64,000 nucleotides of DNA, taken from assembly GCA_049513575.1 (NCBI GenBank), contig JBEKVZ010000002.1:196774-260773 (forward strand), read 5' to 3'. This document shows positions 7,900 to 17,276 of this stretch, in pieces. This DNA comes from Gemmatimonadales bacterium (GTDB lineage: Bacteria > Gemmatimonadota > Gemmatimonadetes > Gemmatimonadales > JACORV01). A program made the position numbers and the translations under genes. The notes below the pieces were generated by a model. The model ran no database searches. It was not told the DNA's origin and saw only the letters and a list, made by a program, of their open reading frames with translations. Position 1 is the first letter of the stretch. Every line of letters starts with the position of its first letter.

Positions 7900-9195
7900 T
7901 TAGGGCCCGCTGAGGTAATCCACCGCCAGGTTCGCCATGGCCCGAATGCCGATCGGCAGCGCGCCTTCGTCCGCGTAGAACAGCGGCGAGTGGTTCCGCG
8001 GCGCCGTCATCGGGTCGCGGTCCGCGGGCGTCACGCCGATGAAGAAGAACATGCCCGGCACCTTCTGCTGGTAGAGCGCGAAGTCCTCGGACGGCGTCCA
8101 GAGCGCGGCGGGCAGCAGGTTGCCGGGGCCGGCGACGCGCGCGAGCGTCGGCGCCATCCGCTCCGTCAGCGCCGGGTCGTTGTACACCCCCGGTGCGCCC
8201 CCCTCGACCTCCACCGTCGCCGTAGCGCCGGCGCTCTGCGCGATCCCCTCCGCCGTGCGCCGGATCCGCTCCTTGATGTCGGCGCGCATTCCCTCGTCGA
8301 AGGTGCGCACCGTCCCCAGCAGGACCACGCTGTCCGGGATGATGTTGTAACGATTGCCGCCCTGGATCATCCCCACGGTGAGGATGGCCGGGCCCAGCGT
8401 CACGTCCAGCTGCCGGCTCGGGATCGTCTGGAGCGCCAGCACGATCTGGGACGCGATCACGATCGGGTCCACGCCGCCCCACGGGATGGCGCCGTGCGTC
8501 TGGCGGCCGTGCACCACGATGCGGAGCACGTCGGAGGCCGACATGACAGCGCCGGCGCGGTAGAGGATCGTGCCGACGCGGGCCGGCGTGACGTGCAGGC
8601 CGAACACGGCCTGGGGAGCTGGGTTTGCGAGCGCCCCGTCAGCGATCATCGCCTGCGCGCCGGACGGCTCGCCCGGCATCCCTTCCTCGTTCGGCTGGAA
8701 CAGGAAGACGACGGTGCCCGGCAGCCGGTCCTTGAGCCCCGCCAGCACCGCGGCGACGCCCAGCAGCATCGCGGTGTGCGTGTCGTGGCCGCAGGCGTGC
8801 ATGACGCCCACGTCCTGCCCGTTGAACTCGGTCCGCACCGTGGACTTGAACGGGAGATCCACCTGCTCCGTGACAGGCAGCGCGTCCATGTCGGCGCGGA
8901 GCGCGACCACCGGGCCGGGCCGCGCGCCGCGGAGGATGCCGACGACGCCGGTGCGCCCGACGCCCGTCCGCACCTCGAGGCCGAGCCGCGTCAGCTCGCC
9001 CGCGACCAGCGCCGCCGTCCGTGTCTCGCGGAAGCCGAGCTCGGGGTGCTGGTGGATATCGCGCCGCCAGGCGACGACTTGCGGCAGGACCGCCGCGACG
9101 CCGCGATCGATCTCCGGCGCCAATGACTGCCCAAACAGTGGAGACACGGAGACTGCGCTCAACAACGCGGCCAGGACTGGTACTCTTGCCCTCAC
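7900..9195 (-). CDS. M20D-family amidohydrolase (N-acyl-amino-acid amidohydrolase / hippurate hydrolase-like), secreted
   Basis: Signal peptide, then HQHPELGFRE, MHACGHDTH, PNEEG and related motifs typical of the M20 peptidase/amidohydrolase family. Confidence 0.9.
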   Translation of the reverse strand: MRARVPVLAALLSAVSVSPLFGQSLAPEIDRGVAAVLPQVVAWRRDIHQHPELGFRETRTAALVAGELTRLGLEVRTGVGRTGVVGILRGARPGPVVALRADMDALPVTEQVDLPFKSTVRTEFNGQDVGVMHACGHDTHTAMLLGVAAVLAGLKDRLPGTVVFLFQPNEEGMPGEPSGAQAMIADGALANPAPQAVFGLHVTPARVGTILYRAGAVMSASDVLRIVVHGRQTHGAIPWGGVDPIVIASQIVLALQTIPSRQLDVTLGPAILTVGMIQGGNRYNIIPDSVVLLGTVRTFDEGMRADIKERIRRTAEGIAQSAGATATVEVEGGAPGVYNDPALTERMAPTLARVAGPGNLLPAALWTPSEDFALYQQKVPGMFFFIGVTPADRDPMTAPRNHSPLFYADEGALPIGIRAMANLAVDYLSGP

Positions 9196-9234
9196 GGCTC
9201 GCTCCTCAAGTCTGAAGACTCAGAAGGCAGTAAA

Positions 9235-9324
9235 GTTGCCAGACGGCAAAGTACTGAAGTGGTTCCAAGTTGCCAGTCTTCGGACTGCAGACCAGGCGAC
9301 AGGACTGGCAACTGCTCTGTATGC
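9235..9324. repeat. Copy A (short variant) of a nested-palindrome MITE/REP-like element
   Basis: GTTGCCAGACGGCAAAGTACTGAAGTGGTTCCAA, then GTTGCCAGTC..N24..GACTGGCAAC, then TGCTCTGTATGC. It shares its left arm and right terminus with the copies at 13173 and 14110. Confidence 0.7.
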
Positions 9325-9341
9325 TGCCTCCTCGCAACTAC

Positions 9342-11429
9342 CTACTGTCTGAGACCCAGCTCGTGCGCCAGGAACGTCATCATCATGGTGGTGTTGCCCA
9401 TCGCCTGCGCGAACGAGGCCGCTGCGTGCCCCTCGTCGAGCCGCGTCCGCAGGAGCACCGGCCGCCCGGAGCCGCTGGCGTGCTGCAGCGCCGCCGCGAA
9501 TTCCCGCGACTGCCACGGCGCGACCAGCGGATCGTTGACCCCCGTCTCCAGGAGCACCGCCGGGTACGCCGTCCCCGCCTTCACGCGGAACAACGCCGAG
9601 TACGCGTACTGCGCGGCGAAGTCCGCCGAGTCGTCCGCCGTGCCGTACTCGGGGATGTTGTACTGCCCGTTGGCGATTCCCTTGTGCCGGGTCATGTCGT
9701 AGATCCCGACGAACGCGGCCACCGCCCGGAACGCCTCGGGGTGCTGCGTCAGCACCGACCCCATCAGCAGCCCGCCGTTGCTCCGGCCCATGATCCCGAG
9801 CCGCTGCGTGCTCGTCCACCGCTCCCGGACCAGCGCCTCAGCCGCCGCGAAGAAGTCGTCGAACACGTTCTGCTTCTGCCGCAGCATCCCCTGGCCGTGC
9901 CACGTCTCGCCGAACTCGTCGCCGCCGCGGATGTTGGCGTACGCCAGCACTCCGCCGTGCTCGAGCCACGCGAGCCAGGGGCCGAGGAACGTCGGCGTCA
10001 CCGGGAGACCGAATCCCCCGTAGCTCGTGAGCACCGCGGGCGCGCTCCCGTCCCGCGGCGTCCCCGGCAGCGCGAGCACCGTCACCGGCACGCGCGTCCC
10101 GTCCAGCGATGTCGCCTCTATCCGGGAGACGGCGACCTTCGAGTAGTCCGCTGCGGGCTGCACCTCGAACAGCGTCGTCAGCGCGCCCGTGCGCCCGTCG
10201 TAGCGCACCCAGCGCACGGGGACGGTCCAGCCGGAGTACGCGATCAGCGCCTCCGGCGATGACGCCGACGACGCGATCGTGCCGATCGCGATACCGGCGG
10301 GGAGGGGCACCGCCCGCACCAGCTTCCCGTCCGCGCCGTACTGCGCGAGCCGCTGATCCATTCCCCAAATCCACTGAACCAGGAAGCCCCCCGCGATCGG
10401 AGCGACGCCATGCATCGCCTGGTCGCCTTGCGGCAGAACGGGCGTCGTGTCGCCCGCGGAGCCGATGGCCAGCAGGCGTCCCCGGGGCGTCCCGCCGGCC
10501 GTGGCAATGGCCAGGAGGCGGCCGCCCACGAACTCCGCGCCCCGGATACCCAGGGTCGTGTCGGCGGCCCGCCGCCACCCACGCGGCGTCCGCAGATAGA
10601 TCTCCGACGGCCCGGCGTCGCCGACGTTCGCGACCACCGCGGCGTGCCGTCCGTCCTCCGACGCGATGAGCCGATACTCGGCGATCCGCGAGTAGCCGAT
10701 CCCGAAGGCCGGGGGATCGGATGCCGGATTCCTGCCCAGGGTGTGGTGGTAGAGCGCGAGGTTGAAGAACTCGCCCGCGACGGGGTAGCGCGTGTAAGTG
10801 AAGCCGCCCTCATCGGAATCCCAGAGCACCTCCGACGACGAGACGCCTCCGCCGGCGTACGCGATCGTGTCGGCGGGCGCCGTTCGTCCTCCCGCGAGCG
10901 CCACTATGTGGAAGGTGACGACCGGCTTCCCATCCACGTTCGTGCCGTACACCACGTAGCGGCCGCGCGGCGAAGGCCAGTATCCGGTGATGGCCGTGCC
11001 GGCGCTCAGGCCGTTCGGGTCCACCAGCACGCGCGCGCTCCCGCTCGGCCACGCCTGCGCGACCAGCACCGCCTGCGGTTCGGGGGGCGTCTCGCGCACG
11101 TAGAACAGCGTGCCCGCCACGAGCTTGGGCGACGTCCGCGCCGGCGACGTGGCGAGGAGCTGCCGCACGCGCGCGCCGATCCATTTCCCTTCGGGGAAGC
11201 TCCCAAGCACCGTGTCGGCGTACGCGTTCTGCGCCGCAATCCAGCTCCGGACCTCGGGGGAATCCGCCGAGTCGAGCCACCGCCAGGGGTCCGCGACGCG
11301 CACGCCGTGGATCGTCGTGTCGAAGCGCGCCTGCCGCGTCGGCGGCGGCGCCGGCACGCCACGTTCCCGCGGCGAACAGGCGGCCACGAGGATGCAGGGG
11401 ATGATCAAGAATGCCTGTTTCACGCTCAC
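9342..11429 (-). CDS. Prolyl oligopeptidase family serine peptidase (S9), lipoprotein
   Basis: Signal/lipobox ILVAAC, N-terminal propeller-like region, nucleophile elbow GRSNGGLLMG and C-terminal ...RLDEGH. Confidence 0.9.
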   Translation of the reverse strand: MSVKQAFLIIPCILVAACSPRERGVPAPPPTRQARFDTTIHGVRVADPWRWLDSADSPEVRSWIAAQNAYADTVLGSFPEGKWIGARVRQLLATSPARTSPKLVAGTLFYVRETPPEPQAVLVAQAWPSGSARVLVDPNGLSAGTAITGYWPSPRGRYVVYGTNVDGKPVVTFHIVALAGGRTAPADTIAYAGGGVSSSEVLWDSDEGGFTYTRYPVAGEFFNLALYHHTLGRNPASDPPAFGIGYSRIAEYRLIASEDGRHAAVVANVGDAGPSEIYLRTPRGWRRAADTTLGIRGAEFVGGRLLAIATAGGTPRGRLLAIGSAGDTTPVLPQGDQAMHGVAPIAGGFLVQWIWGMDQRLAQYGADGKLVRAVPLPAGIAIGTIASSASSPEALIAYSGWTVPVRWVRYDGRTGALTTLFEVQPAADYSKVAVSRIEATSLDGTRVPVTVLALPGTPRDGSAPAVLTSYGGFGLPVTPTFLGPWLAWLEHGGVLAYANIRGGDEFGETWHGQGMLRQKQNVFDDFFAAAEALVRERWTSTQRLGIMGRSNGGLLMGSVLTQHPEAFRAVAAFVGIYDMTRHKGIANGQYNIPEYGTADDSADFAAQYAYSALFRVKAGTAYPAVLLETGVNDPLVAPWQSREFAAALQHASGSGRPVLLRTRLDEGHAAASFAQAMGNTTMMMTFLAHELGLRQ

Positions 11430-11476
11430 GTTCTCCGTATTCCGTGTAGATTGGCTTGCCTTCGAACCGATCCAGG

Positions 11477-13153
11477 ATGCCCATGACGCCTCTCGCGCGC
11501 AATACGCTGCTCCTTCTGTTCCTGGCGAGTCGGGTGGCGGCTGCCCAGACCTGGCCCACGACCGTGGCCGAGCGCACGAACTTCGACTCGACCTCTTCGA
11601 CCGCGCAGGTCGGCCTGTTCCTCGACAGCCTCCAGCTTGCGGGCGCGCCGATTTCCGTTTCGTCGATGGGCCGCACCGCCCTGGGCAAGCCGCTCTATCT
11701 CGTCGTCGCCTCCGACCCGGCCGTGACCTCGCCCGCCGAAGCCGCGGCGTCGGGGAAGCTGGTCGTCTATCTCCAGGGGAACATCCACGCCGGGGAAGTG
11801 GAGGGGAAAGAGGCGCTGCTGATCGTGCTGCGCGAGCTGGCCGGGGCGCGGCGCGACCTGCTCCAGAAGCTCGTGATCCTCGTGGCGCCGGACTACAACC
11901 CGGACGGCAACGACGCGTTCGGGCCGGTGGCCCAGAATCGTGGCGACCAGAATGGCCCCGCGATGGTCGGCCAGCGCGCCGACGGCCTCAACCTCGACTT
12001 GAACCGCGACTACTTCAAGGCGGAGGCGCCCGAGACGCGCGCCTCGCTCCAGCGCGTCTACGCGACCTGGGATCCCGCGCTGATGGTGGATCTGCACACC
12101 ACCGACGGGACGCGGCACGGCTACCTGCTCACCTACGCGCCGCCCCTCGATCCGGTCGGCCCGCGCGGCCCGACGCTGTTCGTGCAGGACCAGATGCTGC
12201 CGGCGCTCCGCACGACCTTGCAGGATCGCTACCACGAGCCGATCTACGACTACGGCAACGTCGAGGACCCGGTCAACCCGAAGAGCTGGGACACCTACGC
12301 CCCGCTGGGCTGGTACGGCGTCAACTACGTGGGGCTGCGCGGCCGGATGGCTATCCTGTCCGAGGCCTACTCCCACGCGGATTTCCGGACCCGCGTGCAG
12401 GTGACGCACGACTTCCTGGTCGAGATCCTGAACTACGCGGCCGCGCACGCGGACGAGATCCGGCAGATCGAGCGTGAAGCCGACCGGCAGACGGCGCTCG
12501 AAGGTGCGGGCGCGGCGCCACGCCCGGACCTCGCGGTGCAGTACAAGCCGGCCTCGCGCGGCGTCGAGCCGATCGTGCTGGAGATGCTGCGGGCGACGGG
12601 CGACACGTCGGCCCGCGGCCGACCGCGATACGAGCCGACGGGCCAGTACCGCACGGTCCGCATCCCCGCGAACGTGATGTTCACTGACTCGGTGAGCCGG
12701 CCGCTCCCCGCTGGCTACTTCTTCCCGGCCGGCGCGGCCGACGTCGCGTCGCTGCTGCGGCTGCACGGCATCCAGGTCGAGCGGCTCGAGGCGCCGTGGA
12801 CCGATACGATTGAGACCGTGGCGGCGAGCCAGATCACGTGGCTGCCGCACGAGTTCCAGGGGCACCAGCTCGTCCAGGTGACGGCGATCTACGTGCGCGC
12901 GGCGCGCACCCTCCCCGCCGGCTCGTTCTTCGTCACGACCGCGCAGCCGCTCGGCCGTCTGGTCTTCGCGCTCCTCGAGCCTGAAGGGTGGGGGCTCGTG
13001 CGGTGGGGCGCGTTCGACCGTCTGCTCGGCTCGGAGTTCGGGGCGTACTCGGGGCTGGTCTACGGATCCGGGAACGTCCGCGAGCTGCCGGTGTCACGGG
13101 CCATTCGAGCGCCGAAGGTGCCGATGCGGTCTCTCGTCGGAGGGCAGCAATGA
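11477..13153 (+). CDS. M14-family zinc carboxypeptidase-like protein, secreted
   Basis: ORF 11456..13153. The ATG at 11477 gives the signal peptide MPMTPLARNTLLLLFLASRVAAAQT. Motifs GNIHAGEVEG (HxxE), LNRDY and DLHTTDG are present. Confidence 0.85.
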   Translation: MPMTPLARNTLLLLFLASRVAAAQTWPTTVAERTNFDSTSSTAQVGLFLDSLQLAGAPISVSSMGRTALGKPLYLVVASDPAVTSPAEAAASGKLVVYLQGNIHAGEVEGKEALLIVLRELAGARRDLLQKLVILVAPDYNPDGNDAFGPVAQNRGDQNGPAMVGQRADGLNLDLNRDYFKAEAPETRASLQRVYATWDPALMVDLHTTDGTRHGYLLTYAPPLDPVGPRGPTLFVQDQMLPALRTTLQDRYHEPIYDYGNVEDPVNPKSWDTYAPLGWYGVNYVGLRGRMAILSEAYSHADFRTRVQVTHDFLVEILNYAAAHADEIRQIEREADRQTALEGAGAAPRPDLAVQYKPASRGVEPIVLEMLRATGDTSARGRPRYEPTGQYRTVRIPANVMFTDSVSRPLPAGYFFPAGAADVASLLRLHGIQVERLEAPWTDTIETVAASQITWLPHEFQGHQLVQVTAIYVRAARTLPAGSFFVTTAQPLGRLVFALLEPEGWGLVRWGAFDRLLGSEFGAYSGLVYGSGNVRELPVSRAIRAPKVPMRSLVGGQQ

Positions 13154-13172
13154 GGTAGGAGAGGGCAGGACA

Positions 13173-13320
13173 GTTGCCAGACGGCGAAGTACTGAAGTGG
13201 TTACCAGTTGCCAGTGAGCGGGGGCCAGATCAGTTGCCAGTACTGACAACTGGTCTGGCCCCTTGTGACTAGCGGCTGGTAACCACTTCCCCCTTGCCGT
13301 CTGGCAACTGTTCTGTACTC
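13173..13320. repeat. Copy B of the nested-palindrome MITE/REP-like element
   Basis: Outer arms GTTGCCAGACGGCGAAGTACTGAAGTGGTTACCA and TGGTAACCACTTCCCCCTTGCCGTCTGGCAAC. Inner hairpin GGGGCCAGA..GTTGCCAGTACTGACAAC..TCTGGCCCC. Confidence 0.75.
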
Positions 13321-13384
13321 GGTTCTCGGAAACTTTCCGCACCCTGCGGAGTCTAATAGAGCACCCATAACCCGACCTGGGGCC

Positions 13385-14077
13385 ATGAAGCGCTATCTCC
13401 TTGCCGCCGTTCCATTCCTCGCGTTCGCTTGCTCCCATCCCGCCCGCGAGATGGACGTCTCCGGCCAGCCGGTGCCGGAGGTGGCGCCTGCGGGCGTCAG
13501 CTTCGCGGGCACCTGGGTCTACAACCCTGACGACAGCGACCAGCCCGGGCACTACGGGATGAGTGGCGGGGGCGGCGGGTACGGCGGCCGGGGTGGCGGA
13601 GGCGGGGGCTTCGGTGGGGGTGGGCGCGGGGGCTTCGGTGGCGGCGGCCGGGGCGGCTTCGGCGGCGGCGGGCGGGGCGGCGGCGGCGGTGGGGGTGGAG
13701 GTGCGGGTGGCGTCAGCGGCGAGGACCGCGACGCCGCGGACAGCCTGCTGCGCCAGCCGCCCGGCCGCCTGGTGATACAGCAGACCGACAGCACGCTCGC
13801 CATCAGCCCGCGCGACCAGACGCTCTACACGCTCTTCTTCGACGGGCGCGACGTGACGGTGTCCGACTCGAGCGGCCACAGCTGGTCGGTGAACGGGCGC
13901 TGGCACGGCAAGCAATTCGAGATCCGGCGGACGCTCCGTAACGGGATGACCATGACCGAGAGCTACGAGCTCAAGAAGAAGGGCCAGCGGCTGGTGATCC
14001 ACGTCAAGCTCCAGCGTCCGAGCAGCGACACGCAGATGCCCGAATTTCAGCGGGTCTATGATAAGTATGGCCGGTAG
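13385..14077 (+). CDS. Lipoprotein with Gly/Arg-rich (RGG/FGG) low-complexity region
   Basis: Signal plus lipobox MKRYLLAAVPFLAFAC. About 55 aa of GGGGYGGRGGGGGGFGGGGRGGFGGGGRGGFGGGGRGG..., followed by a structured C-terminal domain. Confidence 0.7.
   Translation: MKRYLLAAVPFLAFACSHPAREMDVSGQPVPEVAPAGVSFAGTWVYNPDDSDQPGHYGMSGGGGGYGGRGGGGGGFGGGGRGGFGGGGRGGFGGGGRGGGGGGGGGAGGVSGEDRDAADSLLRQPPGRLVIQQTDSTLAISPRDQTLYTLFFDGRDVTVSDSSGHSWSVNGRWHGKQFEIRRTLRNGMTMTESYELKKKGQRLVIHVKLQRPSSDTQMPEFQRVYDKYGR
13607..13678 (+). repeat. 3 x 24-nt tandem repeat encoding GFGGGGRG
   Basis: Units GGCTTCGGTGGGGGTGGGCGCGGG / GGCTTCGGTGGCGGCGGCCGGGGC / GGCTTCGGCGGCGGCGGGCGGGGC, inside the lipoprotein gene. Confidence 0.8.
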
Positions 14078-14109
14078 AAGTCAGCTGGGAGACTGCGGAC
14101 CGCGGTAGA

Positions 14110-14251
14110 GTTGCCAGACGGCAAGTACTGAAGTGATTACCAGACGGCAGTAACCGGGGGCCAGCCAAGTCGCAGTACTGGCGACTAGTCTGGCCCCCGC
14201 TTACTTGTGTCTGGGAACCACTTCAGTACGTGCCGTCTTGGAACCGGCAAC
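14110..14251. repeat. Copy C of the nested-palindrome MITE/REP-like element
   Basis: GTTGCCAGACGGCAAGTACTGAAGTGATTACCA ... GGGGGCCAG..AGTCGCAGTACTGGCGACT..TCTGGCCCCC ... TGGGAACCACTTCAGTACGTGCCGTCTTGGAACCGGCAAC. Confidence 0.75.
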
Positions 14252-14262
14252 CGATCAACTGT

Positions 14263-17187
14263 TCAGCGGAGATACTCCTCGACCTTGCCGGCCTCTTCCC
14301 GCAACCTGTCGTAGATCGCGCCCAGATCGCCGACCGGCTCCGCCTTGGCCGCCGTCTCGATCTCCTTGAGCAGCCCCGCCAGCTTCGTCGCGCCCAGCTG
14401 GGCGGCCGAGGACTTGAACGCGTGCGCCAGCCGCGCGACCTCCACGGCGTCGCCGGCCGCGACGGCCGCCCCGATGTCCTTCAGCCGCGCCGCGAGGTTC
14501 TGGACGAAGCTCTCGACGATTCCGCCCACCGCCTCCGCGGCGCCGGCCTCCGCCATTTCCTTGCGGAAGCCCTCGAGGTCCACGGGCGGGAGCGGGGCAC
14601 CCGCGGGGGGGCGCGCGCCCCATCCCTCCGCTGCGGCGAACAGCTCGAACGCCTTGAACGGCTTGGAGAGGTACGCGTTCATCCCGTGCGCGAGGCACTT
14701 CTCGCGCTCGTTGGCGAGCACGTGGGCGGTGAGCGCGACGATCGGAAGGTCCCGGCACTCGGGGATCTCGCGGATCTGTTCCGCCGCCTGGTAGCCGTCC
14801 AGCTCCGGCATCTGGATGTCCATCAGCACCACGTCGTAGTGCGCCGCACGCACCCGCTCGACGGCCAGCCGCCCGTTCTCCGCCAGGTCCACGTCGTGGC
14901 CGCGCTTGCGCAGCATCGTGGCCGCGACCTCCTGGTTCACCGGGTTGTCCTCCACCAGGAGGATCCGGAGCCGCCGCCGCGACTCGTGGATCCGGTGCCG
15001 CGTGACCACCTCGGGCGCCTCCGCCTCCGCGGTGCCGAGCACGCCCGCCACCATGTCGAGCAGGTCGGCGCGCGAGACCGGCTTGGTCAGATAGCCGCGG
15101 ATTCCCAGCTCGCGGCACCGCTGCGCGTCGCCGCGCTGCCCCGCGCTGGTCAGCATCAGGAGCCGCGTGCGCCGCAGCGCCCGGTCGTTGCGGATCATAT
15201 CCGCCAGCTCGAAGCCGTCCCGCCCCGGCATCTGCGCGTCCAGGATCGCCAGCGCGAACGGCGTCCCGGCCGCGGCCGCGCTCTTGAGCGCCGTCAGCCC
15301 CGCGTCGGCGTCGGACGCCTCTTCCACGCCGACGCCCGCGCTCCCCAGCATCTGGCGCACGATCCGGCGGTTGGACTGGTTGTCGTCCACCACCAGCATC
15401 GTCAGACCCTCGAGCGGCACCGCGCCGGCGGACGGCAGCGGCAGCGGCACGGTCGTCTCCACCGGCAGCTCGAGCGTGAAGGAGAACTCGCTCCCCTTCT
15501 TCTCCTCGCTCGCCACCTCGAGCGTGCCGCCCATCATCTTCACCAGGCGCTGCGCGATCGTCAGCCCCAGCCCCGTGCCCCCGTAGCGGCGCGCCATCGT
15601 CAGGTCGGCCTGGCTGAAGGCCTGGAAGATGAGCGCCTGCTTGTCCGCCGGGATGCCGATGCCCGTGTCGCGCACGGCGAACCGGATCCGCGCCTTGCCG
15701 TCCTCAATCGCCGCGCTCGACAGCGCGACCACCACCTCCCCCTCGTGGGTGAACTTCACCGCGTTGCCGATGAGGTTGGTGAGCACCTGCCGGAGCCGCG
15801 TCGGGTCGCCGCGCACCTGCTCGGGGACCGCGGCGGGGATGTCGGTCAGCAGCTCGATGTTCTGCTCGCGCGCCTTCACCGCGAGGAGCGCCACGGTCGA
15901 GTCCACCAGCCGCCACAGGTCGAACGGGATCGTCTCGATCTGCAGGCTCTCGGCCTCGATCTTCGAGAGGTCGAGGATGTCGTTGAGCAGGGCCAGCAGC
16001 GCCTCGCCCGAGGTCTGGATCAGCGCGAGCGAGCGCCGCTGCTCCGCCGACAGCTCGCCGTCGAGGAGCAACTCCGTCAGGCCGAGGATCGCGTTCATCG
16101 GCGTGCGGATCTCGTGGCTCATGTTGGCGAGGAAGGCGCTGCGCATCTGCGCATGCCGCTCCGCCGCCTCCTTGGCCTCCTGGAGCGCGCGGCGGGCCCG
16201 CAGCTCGTCCGCCATGTCCTCGTACATCACGAACAGGTCGCGATCGGCCCCGCCGGATGGCGCGCCCTGGACCCGCGCCGCCGAGGCGCGCACCGTGATC
16301 GGCTGCCCGTCCTTGCGGCGCCGCCGCACCTCGACGACCACCCGCTCGCCCGCGCGCACCGTCTGGTCGAGCTCCACGGCGCGGCTCAGCTCGCCGCTCG
16401 GCACCACCAGGTCGTTCAGCGCCCGGCCCTGCGCCTCGGCGGCCGTGTAGCCGAACAGCGCCTCGAACCCGGGGTTCGCGTCCCGCACGAAGCCCTGCTC
16501 GTCCACGACCACGATCGCGACGGGGGCGCTGGCGAACAGCGCGTCGCGGTGCGCGCGCTCCCACGCCGCCTTCGACTCGCTGCGCACCAGCTCGGCGTGC
16601 GTGGTGAGCCGCTCCAGCAGCGCGGCGTGCTCCCGCTCGTGCAGGAACCACATCGCCGCCCCGTACACCACGATGAGCAGCAGCGCGACGAGCGTGGTGC
16701 GGCCCAGCTCGCCGGCCGCGATCCCGGCGAGCGGCGGCACGAGCGTGCCGAGGAGGAAGATCCGGAAGCCGCGCCGGTCGGCGGCCAGCGTCGAGGTCGC
16801 CGCCGCCAGCAGCCCGGCCAGGATGACGAGGAAAAGGGCGACGTCGGCGAACGGGAGCCACTGCGCGAACAGCGCCACGCCGAGGCCCCAGGCCACGGCC
16901 ACGGTGCCGACCGTGAGCGAGAAGGCGAGGCGCGAGGCGGCGTCGTAGCCGCGGGAGCGGATGCGGAGGCGGACCGTGAAGCGATAGACGGTGGCGGCGA
17001 CCATCACCACGCACCAGCCGACGAGCAGCGCGGCCGGGACGCGACCGACCACCAGCAGGACCACGACGGCCGCCACCGCGAGGTGGCCGATCTCGGCGAC
17101 CGGGCCTTCGGTCTGGATGCGCTCGCGCGCCTCCCGGACCAGCGCCTCGCGGACCTCCCGGTCCAGCGACGTTTCGGCGGCGGCCAT
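14263..17187 (-). CDS. Hybrid sensor histidine kinase / response regulator (TM region, PAS, HisKA-HATPase, 2x REC, HPt)
   Basis: H-box SHEIRTPMNAILG. ATPase boxes NLIGNAVKFT, DTGIGI and GGTGLGL. Two receiver domains (LVVDDN...D..MP, LLVEDN...D.QMP). C-terminal HPt HAFKSSAAQLGA. Confidence 0.9.
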   Translation of the reverse strand: MAAAETSLDREVREALVREARERIQTEGPVAEIGHLAVAAVVVLLVVGRVPAALLVGWCVVMVAATVYRFTVRLRIRSRGYDAASRLAFSLTVGTVAVAWGLGVALFAQWLPFADVALFLVILAGLLAAATSTLAADRRGFRIFLLGTLVPPLAGIAAGELGRTTLVALLLIVVYGAAMWFLHEREHAALLERLTTHAELVRSESKAAWERAHRDALFASAPVAIVVVDEQGFVRDANPGFEALFGYTAAEAQGRALNDLVVPSGELSRAVELDQTVRAGERVVVEVRRRRKDGQPITVRASAARVQGAPSGGADRDLFVMYEDMADELRARRALQEAKEAAERHAQMRSAFLANMSHEIRTPMNAILGLTELLLDGELSAEQRRSLALIQTSGEALLALLNDILDLSKIEAESLQIETIPFDLWRLVDSTVALLAVKAREQNIELLTDIPAAVPEQVRGDPTRLRQVLTNLIGNAVKFTHEGEVVVALSSAAIEDGKARIRFAVRDTGIGIPADKQALIFQAFSQADLTMARRYGGTGLGLTIAQRLVKMMGGTLEVASEEKKGSEFSFTLELPVETTVPLPLPSAGAVPLEGLTMLVVDDNQSNRRIVRQMLGSAGVGVEEASDADAGLTALKSAAAAGTPFALAILDAQMPGRDGFELADMIRNDRALRRTRLLMLTSAGQRGDAQRCRELGIRGYLTKPVSRADLLDMVAGVLGTAEAEAPEVVTRHRIHESRRRLRILLVEDNPVNQEVAATMLRKRGHDVDLAENGRLAVERVRAAHYDVVLMDIQMPELDGYQAAEQIREIPECRDLPIVALTAHVLANEREKCLAHGMNAYLSKPFKAFELFAAAEGWGARPPAGAPLPPVDLEGFRKEMAEAGAAEAVGGIVESFVQNLAARLKDIGAAVAAGDAVEVARLAHAFKSSAAQLGATKLAGLLKEIETAAKAEPVGDLGAIYDRLREEAGKVEEYLR

Positions 17188-17276
17188 CGAGCCAACCTCT
17201 CCCCTTTGCGTGGCCCCGTCAAGCTTGACGCCGCGCTCCGCAAGCGGGATGTTCGCGCCAGGCCACTGGGGGGATC

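Noticed and set aside
13552-13803. Minus-strand ORF encoding a poly-proline tract (PPPPPPPPPRPPPPKPPRPPPP...).
   Set aside because: It is the mirror image of the Gly-rich (GGN) repeat of the plus-strand lipoprotein gene. That gene has a proper lipobox, start context and C-terminal domain.
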